Assembly (NCBI GenBank): GCA_964016885.1
Contig: OZ024744.1
Coordinates: 103,664,001 to 103,728,000, forward strand
Origin: Eledone cirrhosa
Lineage: Eukaryota
Reading direction: 5' to 3'
DNA: 64,000 nt
Shown here: piece after piece, positions 62,600 through 64,000 of the stretch
Position numbering within the stretch: the first letter of the stretch is position 1
Layout of the letters: each line of letters begins with the position of its first letter
The notes under the pieces: generated by a model
Seen by the model: the letters and a program-made list of their open reading frames with translations, nothing else
Databases searched by the model: none
What the model was told of the DNA's origin: nothing
Position numbers and translations under genes: made by a program

Positions 62600-63987
62600 T
62601 AGTCCAATCTATTAATGGAACAGTAAAAATATGTAAAACATTCCCAAAATTCTGCATCTAATAACTGCATATACACATGTACAGATACAAAGCATATACA
62701 CATGCACACATACAACTCAAAACATACACATCCACACATACAATAACATCCATATCTACACATACATGCATACAGACATATCTACCTAGTTGATGTTGTG
62801 TAAATTCCAATGAGAGAGTCTTGTGTCTATGTTAGAAACCGACTCTCTCTCTATTGGTAACACTTTGTGAAATTATAAACCCAAAAGAACATACATACAT
62901 ACATACATACATCTGCTACAGATACCTGGGGATAGATGAGAATATATCATATAATGGTATTTGTAATGGTGTTATAATGGTATAATGGTATTTGTAACAC
63001 GTAACCAGGGAATATTTCACCTGATTAATAAAAAATATGATCATCCGAAATCTCTGCGCACAATAAAACAGTGGCTCACAGTGTGATTGCTGTGCCTGTC
63101 CTAACACCAACGTTTGGAATACTCAATTGGATGATAGACGAAATCCGAGCAGTTGATGTTAGGACTCAAAAAAAACAACATCAGAAACTTCCACATCAAC
63201 AGTGACATAGACCGCCTTTACTTGAAACATAAGCAGGGCGACAGAGACCTAACATCAGTCCAGACAGCATTTGAGTGTCGCATCATATCCCTCCGACAAC
63301 ATCTACAAACCTCCAAACATAGGGGCCCATCTATTGAACAAGTCTATCTGCATGAGACAGATAAGATCATGAGAGTTGGGAAGGAAATCCTCGAGAGATA
63401 TTCCTTGTGTGATAATCAAAAACTCACACCCAGAGAAGTTGCTCAGCAGTATCGCAGTGAATCCATGGATGAAAAACTGCATGCTTATCAGCAAAAAATC
63501 ATGCATGGATAAGTTGCCAGGAAGCTTCAGAGTGAGAGTAATATAGATAAGGAAAGTAGTCTATCTTGGACCAACAATCGCTATATTGGCTCCCATTTTG
63601 AAGGATATGCTTTTGCAATCCAAGAACAGGGGATTAACATGAAATACCTGATTCACAAAAGAGATAAGGATGCAGGCAAAACACCTAGATGTGATAACAA
63701 GTGCAGACTCTGCAGAACTAACATCGAGGATATCACCCATGTCATCAGCAGCTGTCCAAAGATGTCATCGTGGTACTATCTACTATGAGGCATGATGTAG
63801 CGGCCAAAACACTGTACAATGCAATATGTAGAAAAGATAACCCATACAATAAACATATTTTAAAAGCTATAGCAATGTGGAAGACATACATATACATAAT
63901 ATGAAAAAGTACTGGTGGAATGTTCCAGTCAAAACCCCAATAAAATGCAGCCATAATGATATGGGACAGGGAAAAGAAGGCATGCAT
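62600..63987 (+). mobile_element. Two further tandem truncated R4-clade LINE copies (62600-62892; 62913-63987)
   Basis: Each starts after (CATA)n; homologous to 59800-61385. The last 12 nt of the window (TGTAACGGAATA) may begin another LTR. Confidence 0.85.
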
Positions 63988-64000
63988 GTGTAACGGAATA

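Overview
AT-rich, transposon-saturated animal genomic DNA. The repeat repertoire (Deu/Nin-domain-like tRNA SINEs, RTE LINEs with (CAT)n tails, R4/Dong and Penelope elements) suggests a cephalopod such as Octopus; this is an inference. Nearly all long ORFs belong to mobile elements: piggyBac, Penelope, RTE, CR1, R4/Dong, Ty3/Gypsy, hAT, Helitron and solo LTRs. Hidden among them on the + strand, and absent from the ORF track, are seven tiny candidate exons (57, 27, 54, 54, 21/24, 39 and 15/21 nt) plus one dead copy. All seven have AG/GTAAG boundaries, are phase 1-1, are multiples of 3 and are stop-free. The window therefore looks like the interior of a large gene whose micro-exon array grew by duplication. 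Other highlights: a near-intact Gypsy element whose primer-binding site matches the 5'-terminal 12 nt of tRNA-Phe rather than a tRNA 3' end, and which is flanked by a ~277-bp duplication; a retrozyme-like unit with a type I hammerhead plus two variant hammerheads; a ~700-bp fold-back palindrome; and an R4-clade LINE that apparently targets (CATA)n.
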